Shown: in pieces, positions 28,565 through 39,665 of the stretch
How positions within the stretch are numbered: the stretch's first letter is position 1
Layout: every line of letters starts with the position of its first letter
Source: Camelus dromedarius
Taxonomy: Eukaryota
Direction: 5' to 3'
Assembly (NCBI RefSeq): GCF_036321535.1
Contig: NC_087438.1
Span: 10,480,001-10,544,000, forward strand
Length of the DNA stretch: 64,000 nt
The notes under the pieces: generated by a model
What the model was told of the DNA's origin: nothing
Databases searched by the model: none
What the model saw: the letters and a program-made list of their open reading frames with translations, nothing else
Translations under genes and position numbers: made by a program

Positions 28565-29060
28565 ATAACAGACTTTCTTTGAAATAGTTTTAGACATACA
28601 GAAAAATGGAGAAGATAGTACAGAGTTCCTATGTACCCTGTACCCAATTTCTCCTATTACTAACATCATACATTAGCATGGTACATTTATTACACTTAAT
28701 GAACCAAAACTGATACACTCTTATTAACTAAAGTCCATAGTTTATTCAGACTTCCTAACCTAACGTCTTTTTCTGTTCCAGGATCCCACCCAGAATACCA
28801 CATTACATTTATTTGTCACACCTCCTTAGGTTCCTCTTGACCAACAGCTCCTCAGACTTTTCTTGTTTTGGATGGCCTTAACAGTTTTGAAGAGCACTGG
28901 CCAAGAAATTTTTAGGATGCCCCCTAATGGAATTCGTAATTTGTCTGACATTCTTCTCACAACTAGACTGGAGTTATGGGTTTTTGGAAGATCACAGAGG
29001 TGTGGGGCCATTTTCGTCACATCATACCAAGGTTACACACCAACCACATGATTTATAACT
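28565..29060 (-). mobile_element. L1MC-type LINE 3' fragment
   Basis: tacagagttcctatgtaccc..catggtacatttattaca..aatgaaccaa..ttattaactaaagtccatagtttattcag..ctgttccaggatccca. Confidence 0.75.
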
Positions 29061-29064
29061 GAGC

Positions 29065-31270
29065 TCAGGCCACATGGTAACTTTCCGGTCCACTGGTAAG
29101 GATTCAGCCTCTACAAAGGTCCATTAGTAAGCCAAAAGCTGTTTTTCAAAAGGAGAGTAGTTATCCTCAGAGGATGGCAGGATTTTGCCCCAAAATTCTA
29201 AGGGTTTGCATTGATTCACTTACAGGTACTTGCCAAAGACTCCAAATATCACCTCTGTCTGCCACTTCAAGCACCACTGGATCCACTGAGTCATCTGACC
29301 CACGTGGAACAGCAACGTGCACAACAGCCAGGACCTGTTGCCGAGACTTCCCTTCTCTCACTGTGGGTGACGCCTTTTATTTATTTATTTTTAATAGTAG
29401 GAGGGGCTAGATGTAACAACTTACCCTTCACCTTAGAAGTGATGTCTTGAAATGCTCCACTCCACTGGACCCCTAGAAATTTCAGAGGTACAAGGCCTCT
29501 GAATTTGGGGGGACTTATTTCCCATCCTCTGATATGCAAATACCTTACAAATACGTGTATAGTAATTGCTACTTCCTGCCTACCAGGACCAACCAGCATA
29601 TCATTATCAGTGTAACAGGCCAGCACGATGTTCTGCGGAAGGGGAAGGAGGTCCCTGAAGACTAAATCATGACATGGGACTGAAGAGCTGATGTACCTTG
29701 TGGCAGAACAGTAAAGGCGTGTTGCTGACTTGTCTGTTGATTCCTTCTAGTGGTCTTTTATAACACGTGTAATTGGAAAAAGCTTTTACCAGATCAATAG
29801 CTGTATACTAGGTACTAGGAAATGTGTTGAGTTGCTCAAGCAATGAAACCACATCTGGAATAGCAGTGCAACTGGAATCACCACAAAATCAGATTTATGA
29901 AAATCCACTGTCATTCCCCAAGATCCAACTGTCTTCTGTCAAATAGGTGAGTCGAAAAAGGATGTGGTGGGTATCACAACCTTTGCAACTTTCAAGTTCT
30001 TGACAGTAATGCTAATCTTTGCAATCCCTCCAAAAATGTGGTATTGTTTTGGCTTATGTTTTTATAGCTTAGCAACAGTTCTAATGGCTTCCATTTGTCC
30101 CTTCCTATATTAACAACCTTCACTCTACAGGTGAGGGGACCAATGTGGGGATTCTGCCAATTGCTGAGTATGTCTATTTTTTTATGCATTCTGAAACTGG
30201 GGAAATAACCACAGGATGTGTTCAGAGATGCACTGGGCCTAATGTAAGATGGACCTGAGCTAAAATTCCACTGATCACTCGACCTTCACAAGTCCCTACT
30301 CTGATAGGTAGACAGTGATGTTCAGGTTTCCATGAATTAGTGTTAAGTCAGAGCCACTGCCTACTAATCCCCCAGAAGTCTGGTTATTTCCTTTCCCTCA
30401 GTGCACAGTCACTCCAGCAAATGACTATAGGGTCCTTTGCGGAAGGCTGGGGAAGAAATTAACATTATAAATTTTTGGCAATGAAGTAGGGTCCTTCCTC
30501 AAGAAAACCTAACCTTCCCTTCTTTCAAAGAGTTCTGGGTATGTAAATTGGCTCAAGTCTGAGAACTGATTGAAGGACTGCGATTCTCCATTTTGGTGAT
30601 GCAAGTTGGGATTTCTGTTCATAGACCTAGAACTCTTCTGCTTATAAAGACCAAGTAGGAGGGGGAGGGTATAGCTCTGTGGTATAGCATGTGCTTAGCA
30701 TGCAAGAGGTCCTGTGTTCAATCCCTGGTACCTCCACTAAAAATAATAAATAAATACATAAACCTAATTACCATCCCTCCTCCCCCTGCACCAAATAAAA
30801 ATAAATTTAAATAAATTTAAAAAAAGACTAAGTAGGAATTTAGTAATTATCCATTTATTTCTTTTCTAGGGACACCACTATCAATTGGCTAATATCACAG
30901 GTCTCAGTGAGTCAGACAATTTTGACTATTGTTTTGTCCATTACAGTAACTGCACTGGTCCCACATTGCCACCCTGAGATCCCACTATCCCCACTGCATT
31001 TTGGAATTTCATTTGATGGTACCAGTCTCTACTGTAAGATACATCTGATTACAGAGAAGAGCAACTGCAGATCCCATCAAGGATGCTGGGACTTCACAAA
31101 TAATTTCTCACAGTCATGGTGAAGCGTAATGTCCTCTGGCTCCCTCCTGGGGTGGGTCAGAAGGTTTTCCAATGATAAATCCACTCTAACATTTCAGTCT
31201 TCTCAAATCTTTGGATATCTTCCTCTACAGTCTCCCAGGCAGTTCTGGCACTTCAATTTCATTTATTGTA
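29065..31270 (-). mobile_element. ERV-L internal relic (gag-pro-pol), degraded and interrupted by a SINE
   Basis: Minus-strand peptides match ERV-L pol: DILSNWQNPHIGPLTCRV..KWKPLEL (29992-30189), YTDNDML..RGWEISPPK..KFLGVQWSG..KVKGKLLHLAPPT (29381-29626; decayed YIDD), QQV.A.V..DPVVLEVADRGDIWSLWQ (29167-29361); decayed protease motif GLVGSGSDLTLI near 30333-30372. Confidence 0.9.
30661..30822 (+). mobile_element. tRNA-Ala-derived SINE (vic-1-like, camelid-type) with 15-bp TSD
   Basis: gggggagggtatagctctgtggtatagcatgtgcttagcatgcaagaggtcctgtgttcaatccctggtacctcca (tRNA-Ala(AGC)-like head with A/B boxes) plus A-rich tail; TSD aaagac[c/t]aagtagga at 30646-30660 and 30823-30837. Confidence 0.9.
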
Positions 31271-31538
31271 GGCACTTTCAGGTGGATGGAAGTTAAGTAA
31301 TCAATGGAAGTTTTGCTCAGGTCCTTCTCACAGTGGACCCATTGGGTCCCCAAACCTATCTTGTGGTTATTTTCTCACTTTCACAGGCATAGTAGGAAAA
31401 GACATACTAACAATCAATGAAACAAACTGGTAAGCCTTATCTAACCCTTTGAAATAAAATGTATCTAGAACATCTGCTTAGCACTCCTTACCAATAAATT
31501 TGGCCTGATAGCATTTTATAATCCTTCATCTTTATCCT

Positions 31539-31978
31539 TGTATTAGTTTCCTAGGGTTGTTGCAGCAAAGCACCCCAAACTGAGTGGATTAAAACAAATG
31601 TAATTTATTTTCTTGCAGTTCTGGAAGCTAGATATCTGAAATCAAGTTGTCAGTAGGTCCATGCTTATTCTGAAGGCTCTTTAGAATAATATTTCCCTGC
31701 CTTTTCCCAGCTACTAGTGGCTCCTGGCATTTCTTGGCTTCTAGCTACATCACCCCAATCTCTGCCTCCATCTTCACATGTCCTTATTTCTTCTGTGCCT
31801 AAATACTCTGAATCATCTCGTCTTTTATAAGGACACCAGACATTAGATTGAGGGTCCATGCTAATCCTGCACATCTCATTTTAACTGATTACATCTGCAA
31901 AGAACCTATACCCAAATAAGGTCATATTGAGGCTCCAGCTGGACATGAATTTTAGGGGACATAAGTCATCCCACTATA
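31539..31978 (-). mobile_element. MLT1C-like MaLR solo LTR about 1.4 kb upstream of the OTULIN ATG
   Basis: tgtattagtttcctaggg..cagttctggaagctaga..atctctgcctccatcttcacatg..ttataaggacacca..ttacatctgcaaaga..ccaaataaggtcatatt. Confidence 0.85.
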
Positions 31979-33370
31979 ATCCCACACCCTTAATATCCAT
32001 ACAAAATTTAACTGTATATTCTTTTGTATGCTCTGAATTTTTTTTTAGCATGTGCATTTATTACTTTTTCAAATATAATTAAAGGGGGAAATCCATCACT
32101 GTTCTCTGCCTTAAAATACAAGTATTCTTTCCATCCGGTTTCTCCCTCTGATGCCAACTACTACTTAGACTCCCTACACTGGTCTTCCTGTCTTGTCTTT
32201 TCCCAGTCTTTTCTCTAACTGCACACAACTGCGGTATTTCAAAATAATCTCCTCCTTCCGGCCTTTCAAGGAGGATCAAGCACAAGCACCCTAATTAGCC
32301 AAAGGTGGCTTTTTCAAGATCTGGTCTCCAGCACCCTTCTCGAAACAAGCTTTGTTTCTTCTTTCAGTAAAATCCCCTGTTATATATCGGTTTTGCCCCA
32401 GAACTACTCGTAGGTTTCTGAACTGCCCATGCCACTCCCTTCCTCCACACTTTGGTCCTGAGCTGCTTGCACTCATGACCGCTGCTCAACGTCAGCGGCT
32501 ACTACGCTATTCCCTCCCCAGTCATGAAACATTGTCTTCTGATCTTTGAAGCCTGTTAATATTTCCCTTCGCCCTTGCTCCTCTTAAACCAAATTTCCTA
32601 TAAGAAAGAACGTAGTTCAGGAACACACCGTGCTGCGCTGGCTCACCTGTCGGGCAGAACCATTTCGCTCTTCCCGCCCTCACGGAAGGGAAGGACTGTA
32701 ACTCCCAGCCCTGGAGCCGCCAAGCCCGACCACGCACCGAAGGCTAAAGGCCGCCGGGCCCCGGGGACGGGTGGGTGGTGACGGACCTGTCACACCGGAG
32801 AGGCCAGGCCATCCACTCGGCCCACATCCCTCCCTCCACAGCCAGGCAAACCCCGTCGGCGGAAGGCGAGGCTCCGAAGCCAGGAGAGACACTGTAAGAG
32901 ACGCCCAAATATGTCAGCGCCCTTTACATCTCAAGGCCGGCCTTCCTCCGCCTCACCGAGGAGCGTCCTCGCCGCTAGTCCAGTGCTTTTCCCTCTCCCA
33001 CCACGGCCCAGTCCCTGGGGACTCGGAAGCGCCAAGATATCTAGAGCGATAAGTGCGCGCCGGGGACTCTAGGGCCGACTGGCGGCGCGCCCGGGGGCGG
33101 AGCATGCGCAGCAGCCGCTCCGCGTGGGCCGTCTTCGTCTCGGGCGTCTGGGCCGGCGCAGGCGCATGCGCAGGCTTCGGGGCTCAAGGCGCCCCGCCCT
33201 CCCGGGCCGCGCCCCCTCGCCGCGGGTCAGAGGCCGCGGGGCGGGAGGTGGTGACGGGCGCGGAAGCGTTGCGTGCACCCTCGGAAGCCGGCGGGCGGCA
33301 GAGCAGCGGCGGCCACGGCCGGGCGCCCCGACCGGAGGGGCTCTGGATCGCTGGAGGCGGCTGAATCCCT

Positions 33371-33400
33371 GCGGCGGCGCCGCCGGCGGCGGCGGCGGCC
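33371..33400 (+). repeat. Interrupted (GGC)n trinucleotide tract just 5' of the OTULIN ATG
   Basis: gcggcggcgccgccggcggcggcggcggcc. Confidence 0.85.
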
Positions 33401-33402
33401 CC

Positions 33403-33554
33403 ATGAATCGCGGGACCATGCCTCAGCCCGGAGCGTGTCCGGGCGCGAGCTGCGCCGAGAAGCCGGTGCGGGAGGCGGGGGCCGCGGCTCCGGAGGGCAG
33501 GAAGGCGGCGGCCGGTGGGCTGCCGCGGACCAAGCTGCGGTGCCCAGCTGAGCA
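33403..33554 (+). CDS. OTULIN: OTULIN coding exon 1 (aa 1-51, N-terminal disordered region MNRGTMPQPGACPGASCAEK...CPAEH)
   Basis: ATG at 33403 (gccccATGa) in a CpG island; translation resembles the OTULIN N-terminus (MxRGTMPQP..PGASCAE..CPAE); donor CA|gtgagt at 33554; 152 nt, phase matches exon 2. Confidence 0.95.
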
Positions 33555-35194
33555 GTGAGTGCAGGACGCGGGCTGGGCACGGCGGGGGCGGGAGGGGACA
33601 CTGGGCTCGGTCCCCTCAGAAAGGCTTGGGGGGCTTGGGGCCGGCGGGGGTGTAGCAGCGTGGGGCCCTTCCCACCTCGGCTTCTAAGTAAGGTTAGCGA
33701 CAGAGAGGAATCTGAAGACACTCGTCCAGTGTCCCCGTACAGAAGTTTTCCCGGAAGGCCCGTCTTGAAATTCTGTTTATCCATTGCCTCTACCCCACCC
33801 GCTATTTTGACATCTCCATAGCTTTAACGTTAAAGAAAACTCCAGAAACTTGGGGAAGAAACTCTAGAAGCAGATTGTTTGAAAACTCATTCCTATTAGA
33901 TCTTTCCTCCAACCTGGTGCGGGAAGGAAGTAAGGTTGTCACTGTCACAGGCACAGGAAAGCTGAGCCACGCGACATGTTTGTTCTTGGAAGGCAAGTCG
34001 CCGCTTGATGAGTGTCCCACCTGTTGGACAGACTTTGGACGGAGTCTGACCCTGTTCTGTTTTGCCAGTTAGCGGCTTAACTAGATATCCTCAACCCTCT
34101 TTGTTTTTAAATCTGAAAGGCAGTGTTGGTTAGATCAATGATTTATTGAACTGTAAAGAAGGTGGCGTAAATCAGGGAAGTTTAGAGTTTCTGCAAAGAA
34201 AGGGACGGAAGCAGAATTACAAACTTGAAGGCTGAAACTTCTCTGCACTTTCAAGTTCTAGTCATATATAAATGCCTTTGGAATTCCAAAAGTGACAAAA
34301 GCACTCGAATAACCAGTGTGACAGATATCTTAATTGACCAGAAATTCCACTTTTTCTCCCCATTTCCTAAAAAGGGGTTCTAGGAGTGGGGACTGTTATT
34401 GCAGATATTGTAATAATTCTCACTTACATGCTTCTTTTCTGTGGGCTTTGACATTCTCATTTACAGAGCACCCAAACCCCTTGAGACAGTGTTACCCACA
34501 CGGTTAATGGCCCCTGGGAAAGATTTAGAGCAGAAAGTCTTAAACTCCTGCCCTCAGGAGCTAGGCACATAACTGAAGTGAGTGAAGCTGGGTAGGTGCA
34601 GTCTGTGGATTCCTGGAGAGCTGGGTCCGTTCGGGCTGGGTCTACCAAGTTCTGGCCTCTAGTTGCTGGGTTTTCTGTATTTAAAGAGTTCAGATATTCT
34701 AAAATGTTCTGGTTTTCAAACAGTAGCATTTTTTTTTTTTTATTTTTAAATCAAAACCACTGTGTAGGCCCATGTGTGAGCTGATGTGACCTGTGGCTGC
34801 TGTTTTGCTCCCTGGGTTTGAGACCTGCCTCAGCCTCTGCAGCGGGTAAAGTGCCTTTACCCCTTCCCAGCCCAGGCTAGTTCTTAACTGCTGCTGCCAG
34901 GCTGGCTGCTGCTACCTTGCTCATGCCCTGGTGGTCTGAGCTGGGCCCCCGCCTAGTGGCCCTGGCCCTCAGATGCTGCTTCTCAGCCTCAGCAGTTTCA
35001 TGCCTCCCAGGAGATGTGGAAACTTGGAAATCAGAACCACAGTCCCCAACATGTGCATAGTTATTTGGCAAGTTTTTCTGCTGTGTGTGGTTCCCAGAGC
35101 CTGAGCACCTGGGGAAATGGGTCATGGTGCGAAAGGAACACTCTTTCCTGATGGGAAGGTTTTGTGGCACAGTGGCTACTGACTGTCAATAGAA

Positions 35195-35335
35195 TTATAG
35201 GCTTAGAGCTGAAAGGAATCTAAAAATCCCCGGCCTAGGTTTGTCATTTTACACATTAGGAAAACGACTTGCAGATTTGATAGGTGCAGCTTGTCCAGGG
35301 AGTAGGCTTCAGGGCCAGGTTCCCTGATGCCTGGG
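35195..35335 (-). mobile_element. MIR-like SINE fragment (intron 1)
   Basis: ttagagctgaaaggaatct..cattttacacattaggaaaac..cttgtccaggg..gggccaggttccctgat. Confidence 0.45.
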
Positions 35336-38300
35336 TAGGAACCTCCCCACTATTTCTCTCTGACTTCCTCAGCAACACTAGGCAGAGGGATGTGACTTCT
35401 GATGACGGCCGACTTTACTTTTTTTTTTTTTTTTCCTGGAATAGATGTTCCAATTTACTGTTTTATTTCATAGCGTAGTTGCTTTTTCTTCCTATTTTTG
35501 TTGTCTTTGGCCATCTCATTCTCTTTTAAGTCTCATAAGAGAGCAAGGGGGAGTAAGGGAAAGAGGTGACAATAACTTCAAATGTCAACATCTTACGTTT
35601 TGGGCTTTCTTGCTTAATATGTGGGCAGTGGGGTTACTTCTCCTTGCTCTGTGATATTTTCTCAAGGGCTGGAGCAGCCATACTGCATTACATAAACATT
35701 GCTTATTATATAGTTTGCAATATGATGTGTGCACATCAGCTTTTACATGGTGATGTATGCAACCTAATAGTTGAGTGTAGATTTAAATAAATAAAGTAAT
35801 GCCTGAATTAAGTCGTCAAATAGTTTTTAAACCTTATGTTTTTCTGTCATTGGAGCCAGTCCCTTCTTCCCACCCAGAGAATTGGGTTTGCCCAGCACAC
35901 GAATTGAGTAAAATTTTTGCACCTGGAAATATGAAATACTGTAAGATGCAGATATTTTGAGATAATTTGCAAAGGCATTTAAATACATTCAGTAGATAGC
36001 AATTGTGAATACAAATCATAGCCCAACTTTTGCAGCCATTGCTCACTCAGGCTGTGACTCTTTGAGGGGTGCAGTGATGGGTACGGGAAGGGATGGCTCA
36101 TTTCCTGGGCAGCTCTGTAGAATACTGATTCCTTTTGACTGAGATCACTGTGTTTTGGAAGGGAAATAGTGGAGAAGAAAGACATAAAAACCATATGGAT
36201 AAGCTACTTTCTAAATCTCTTTCCTTCCTTTTCTTTCTTTCCTTTTTTTCTTAGTTCACTTGAGAGCTGTGGTTGGCTGGCATTCCTTGGACAAGCCATA
36301 TGGATGGCTCACAAGATGACTTAGGGTTCCTTTTGAAGAAGTATTGGGCCAGACCAGATTTTGTTGACTTTCTGGGGAACTCCTGCTGTCAGCAGGTCTC
36401 CTATACTCTGTCCTCTGCTCACTTGACCTGTACAATTGCAACTTATGCTGTGTCTACTTCTTGCTCTTAACTAAGCCAGTACTACAGTCCTTGAGGATCG
36501 GAATGGTCCTGGGACATGGTTGGTGGCCAGGCTTGACATCCTTAGAGAATTGAGAAATGAGGCTGCTCCATCCGTGGTCCTTCTTTATCTGCCTGTCAGT
36601 GGGACAGGGCTTGAATCTGGGGTCCACAGGCTTGCTATGTGTAGAAAGGAACATGTGTCTTTGTACCCCTCTGAAATTGAAGAAAGAATTATATGTATAT
36701 TTATGTTTTTCTGGACTGAGATTCTGATGAAAGCTGTAGATTATCAAAAGAGCTGTGAACAGCAGCTTGTTAAACCGTTGTTCTCAGGTGTTGCTATTTG
36801 TACTATTGTGCAGATTTGTTTTCCCACCCATCTCACACCTTAGCAGCCTTAGAGGGCTATTTTTGGTGGGGTAACAGCTACACCCTCCTGCCCTTTCCCC
36901 CACCTGAGGGTAGAACCTGCTTCAGGGCTGGGATGTCTCTGAGAAACCTCATTGTGGAGGGTGTCATGTGGAGTAGCAATGAGCCAGTCGTGGAAAGTCC
37001 ACTTGCAGGAAGGAGGTGGAATCTTGGCCTGGGTGCCGGTACTTTCCTGCATTTGATGTGTTGTTCACTCATCTATACAACCGCTAAGAGGTGAAGACAG
37101 GCTGGGTTGAGTGGTCTTTACTTTTCCTGTGCCTGTGTGGGATGGTGCATTGGTGTCACAGTGGTTGACACTGTCTCACCAGCACTGCCTGGGCCATTAG
37201 TCTTCTAGGACAGGCCAAGTTAAGCATGAACTGCAGCGTTCAAGTCCAGAGAGCTGAGCAAAGTCATACTCAATTTAGCTTTTTCAGATAACTAAGGGGA
37301 ACTTGGCGCAAATGTTCATAACGGTGAGTGATTAAAATGCTGTCTTGTTAGCTTTGCATATACGTTAGAATTGACTTTTTTCATATCATGTATATACTTG
37401 CATCAGAAATTGAAAAATTGACTTCACAGGAATGCCTTCTGCTTCACGGAGCTCTGTGTTTTTAGCTTACACTTTTGTTTTGGGAAATAGTATAATTTTG
37501 TCTATATGTAGTAAGCATTTTTAAATTAAGTTTTCAAACATCTGTTATGCAAGTCTTTGAACAGAAAGTGGAAGGTTATAATTTAGTATGCAAGGTCATG
37601 TAACTTACTCAATGATGTGTATTGTCTTAATATTAAGAATGAAGTATTTCATCTCTAAGAGAAAATGAGAATTTGAAAATACACACTTTAAAATAACATG
37701 ATGCTAAACCAATAATTTTCTAAGTAGGAATTATTAGCATTTTGGTTTTAAAATTTGACTGTGTAATTGAGTATGACTCACATGCCATGGTCCCCAAGAA
37801 ATCAAGGCACATTTAAGACTTTGTCTTACTTTTCTACACTACTTTTCTAGTGATCTGTATGTTTTCTAGAAGGAAACTTTGCTATGGTGATCATTCGAGC
37901 CTGTGTACTTCAGTGGCCTCTTTTGTGCCAAATGCTGGTCACTCTTCACTCCCACCCCAACCTGACGCACACAAAAGATTGCCAAGTTTCTGAAACTGGT
38001 CAGCATGGAGGAGTTTATCTTATCATGTAATAGCCCCTTTCCTTTCATTGTTTTGCCCTCTTCCCTTCCCATAACAAAAATTTAAACCTCTAGCTATTTT
38101 AGATTCCCAACTGTGAATCTAATTTTGTTCTGTTGTTGTTTCAGTTTTAATATTTTGCTGCTTAAAAAAGTTAAAGCAAAAATTTATTCAGTGAAGTATT
38201 TTCTTAAATAAAGGGTTTTTAAAATTTTTCTTGTTTTCACACACCTTTCTGTCTTTCCAGTTGATTGTCCTTATGTTGGATGTGTTTCATTTTGGCTGGT

Positions 38301-38904
38301 AAATGTCTACTCTTCTGACCATATCAATTGAATTTTATTCCTTGAACCTATAACTTATCCTCTCTCCAAGGAAACACAGCTTTAGGATCATTTTCAAAGT
38401 GGCCTTTAAAGACCATATTATAGTTTCCCTGGTGGCCCTGGCAAGTTAGCAGATGTCCTTGGTTACATGTCCTTGGTGAATGGCCATGGACAAACAAGTA
38501 AGCAAACATTTGTGCATGGGATCAGAATGAAATCTAGTTGTGGCTGAAGTAATTTGAATATACTCTGGGCCTCCCATTCAACAGTTTCTGCTTTAATTTG
38601 TTTGTATGTCTTCAATCACTACTTTTTTTATTTCCAGTAATCTTCCTTTCTGCTCTGTCTTCCCTTTGGCTTCTCATGTTGACTTCGTTTTATTCCTCTC
38701 CTGTTGGTCTCTGGGAATTCGTGTTTGCGGCTGTACACAGAGATGCTTGTTTAGAGAGCCTCTTCTTGGGCGCTGGTGTTGCCGTTGCACTTTGGCTATT
38801 TTGTGGATTAGACAGAAGGAGGACAAGAGTGGAGGCGGAGACGCATGCCCACAGCCACAGAATTCGCTTGAAGTAACATGTTTACGGACAAATAGATTCA
38901 TAGT

Positions 38905-39030
38905 CTGTTAGAACTAAGAATTGGAAGAGGAACCTTGCAGGTTATTTAGATCTCATCCGGTCTTCTCATTTTGAAGATGAGAAAACTGAGGCCAAGATTA
39001 GGGAAGTGGCTTCCACAAAGACATGCTTCT
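38905..39030 (-). mobile_element. MIR SINE fragment (intron 1)
   Basis: ctcattttgaagatgagaaaactgaggccaag..gggaagtggcttcc. Confidence 0.6.
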
Positions 39031-39469
39031 GATAATGATATGAAAATAATTCACTTAAATGCCTGTTTTACAGGATCAGAATTTCTCTCCTACTTGATAA
39101 AGCTAGGAAGGAGGTCAAAAGATATCATTAAACTATTAAAAGAAGAACTAACACATTTAGTCACTTTTTATTTTAGGCGTTTGATGTATAGTTCCTGTGA
39201 ATCTGGTTTCTGTTTGCTTTTAACCCTGGCACAGGCTCCATGGTTGACATCACACCTTTTACTTGAAATCTCACTGGGGTTAGAGCACATGGAAAGTACC
39301 TTTTCCCTAATACGGCTCCTCAACCGCCACAACTTAAAAAAAATACATACACACCATCACCTTTATTTAGAGAGAAAAAAGGGAGTAAGAAATGATCATT
39401 GGGCGAATCTTGCATCACTACTCTGCACGAATGGATATAGGATGAGCGTTATTAAGACTAGCTGACTTT

Positions 39470-39665
39470 TTTGAGTGCTAAGTAATTTGTGTGTCTATTT
39501 TCACAGGAGTCTCTTGAGGTGAGGACTGTCCTTTTCACAGGTGATTAAATTTAGGCACTGAGAAGTATAGTCACTTTAGTTCCATGGTCATACATATGGG
39601 CGGTGAGGGCTGGAGTGAGGAGTGGTTGAGCCCTGACACTCCGACTCCAGCCTTGGCACTCGACA
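39470..39665 (-). mobile_element. MIR SINE fragment (intron 1)
   Basis: ttgagtgctaag..ttttcacaggtgattaaatttaggcactgagaag..atggtcatacat..tgacactccgactccag. Confidence 0.55.

Larger units (their letters stand above)
32480..33780. promoter_or_regulatory. CpG island / TATA-less promoter of OTULIN
   Basis: Very GC- and CpG-rich against a CpG-depleted background; spans exon 1; contains GC boxes (gggggcggag 33093-33102), NRF1-like GCGCATGCGC (33162-33171) and ETS-like CGGAAG (33261-33266, 33282-33287). Confidence 0.9.

Noticed and set aside
30661..30736. Possible tRNA-Ala gene
   Set aside because: Extra 5' G-run, mutated A/B boxes and stems, A-rich tail and TSD show that it is a SINE.
33053..33821. 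Multiple overlapping Arg/Pro/Ala/Gly-rich ORFs on both strands
   Set aside because: Expected in a stop-poor CpG island; only the frame containing MNRGTMPQP is supported by homology and splicing.
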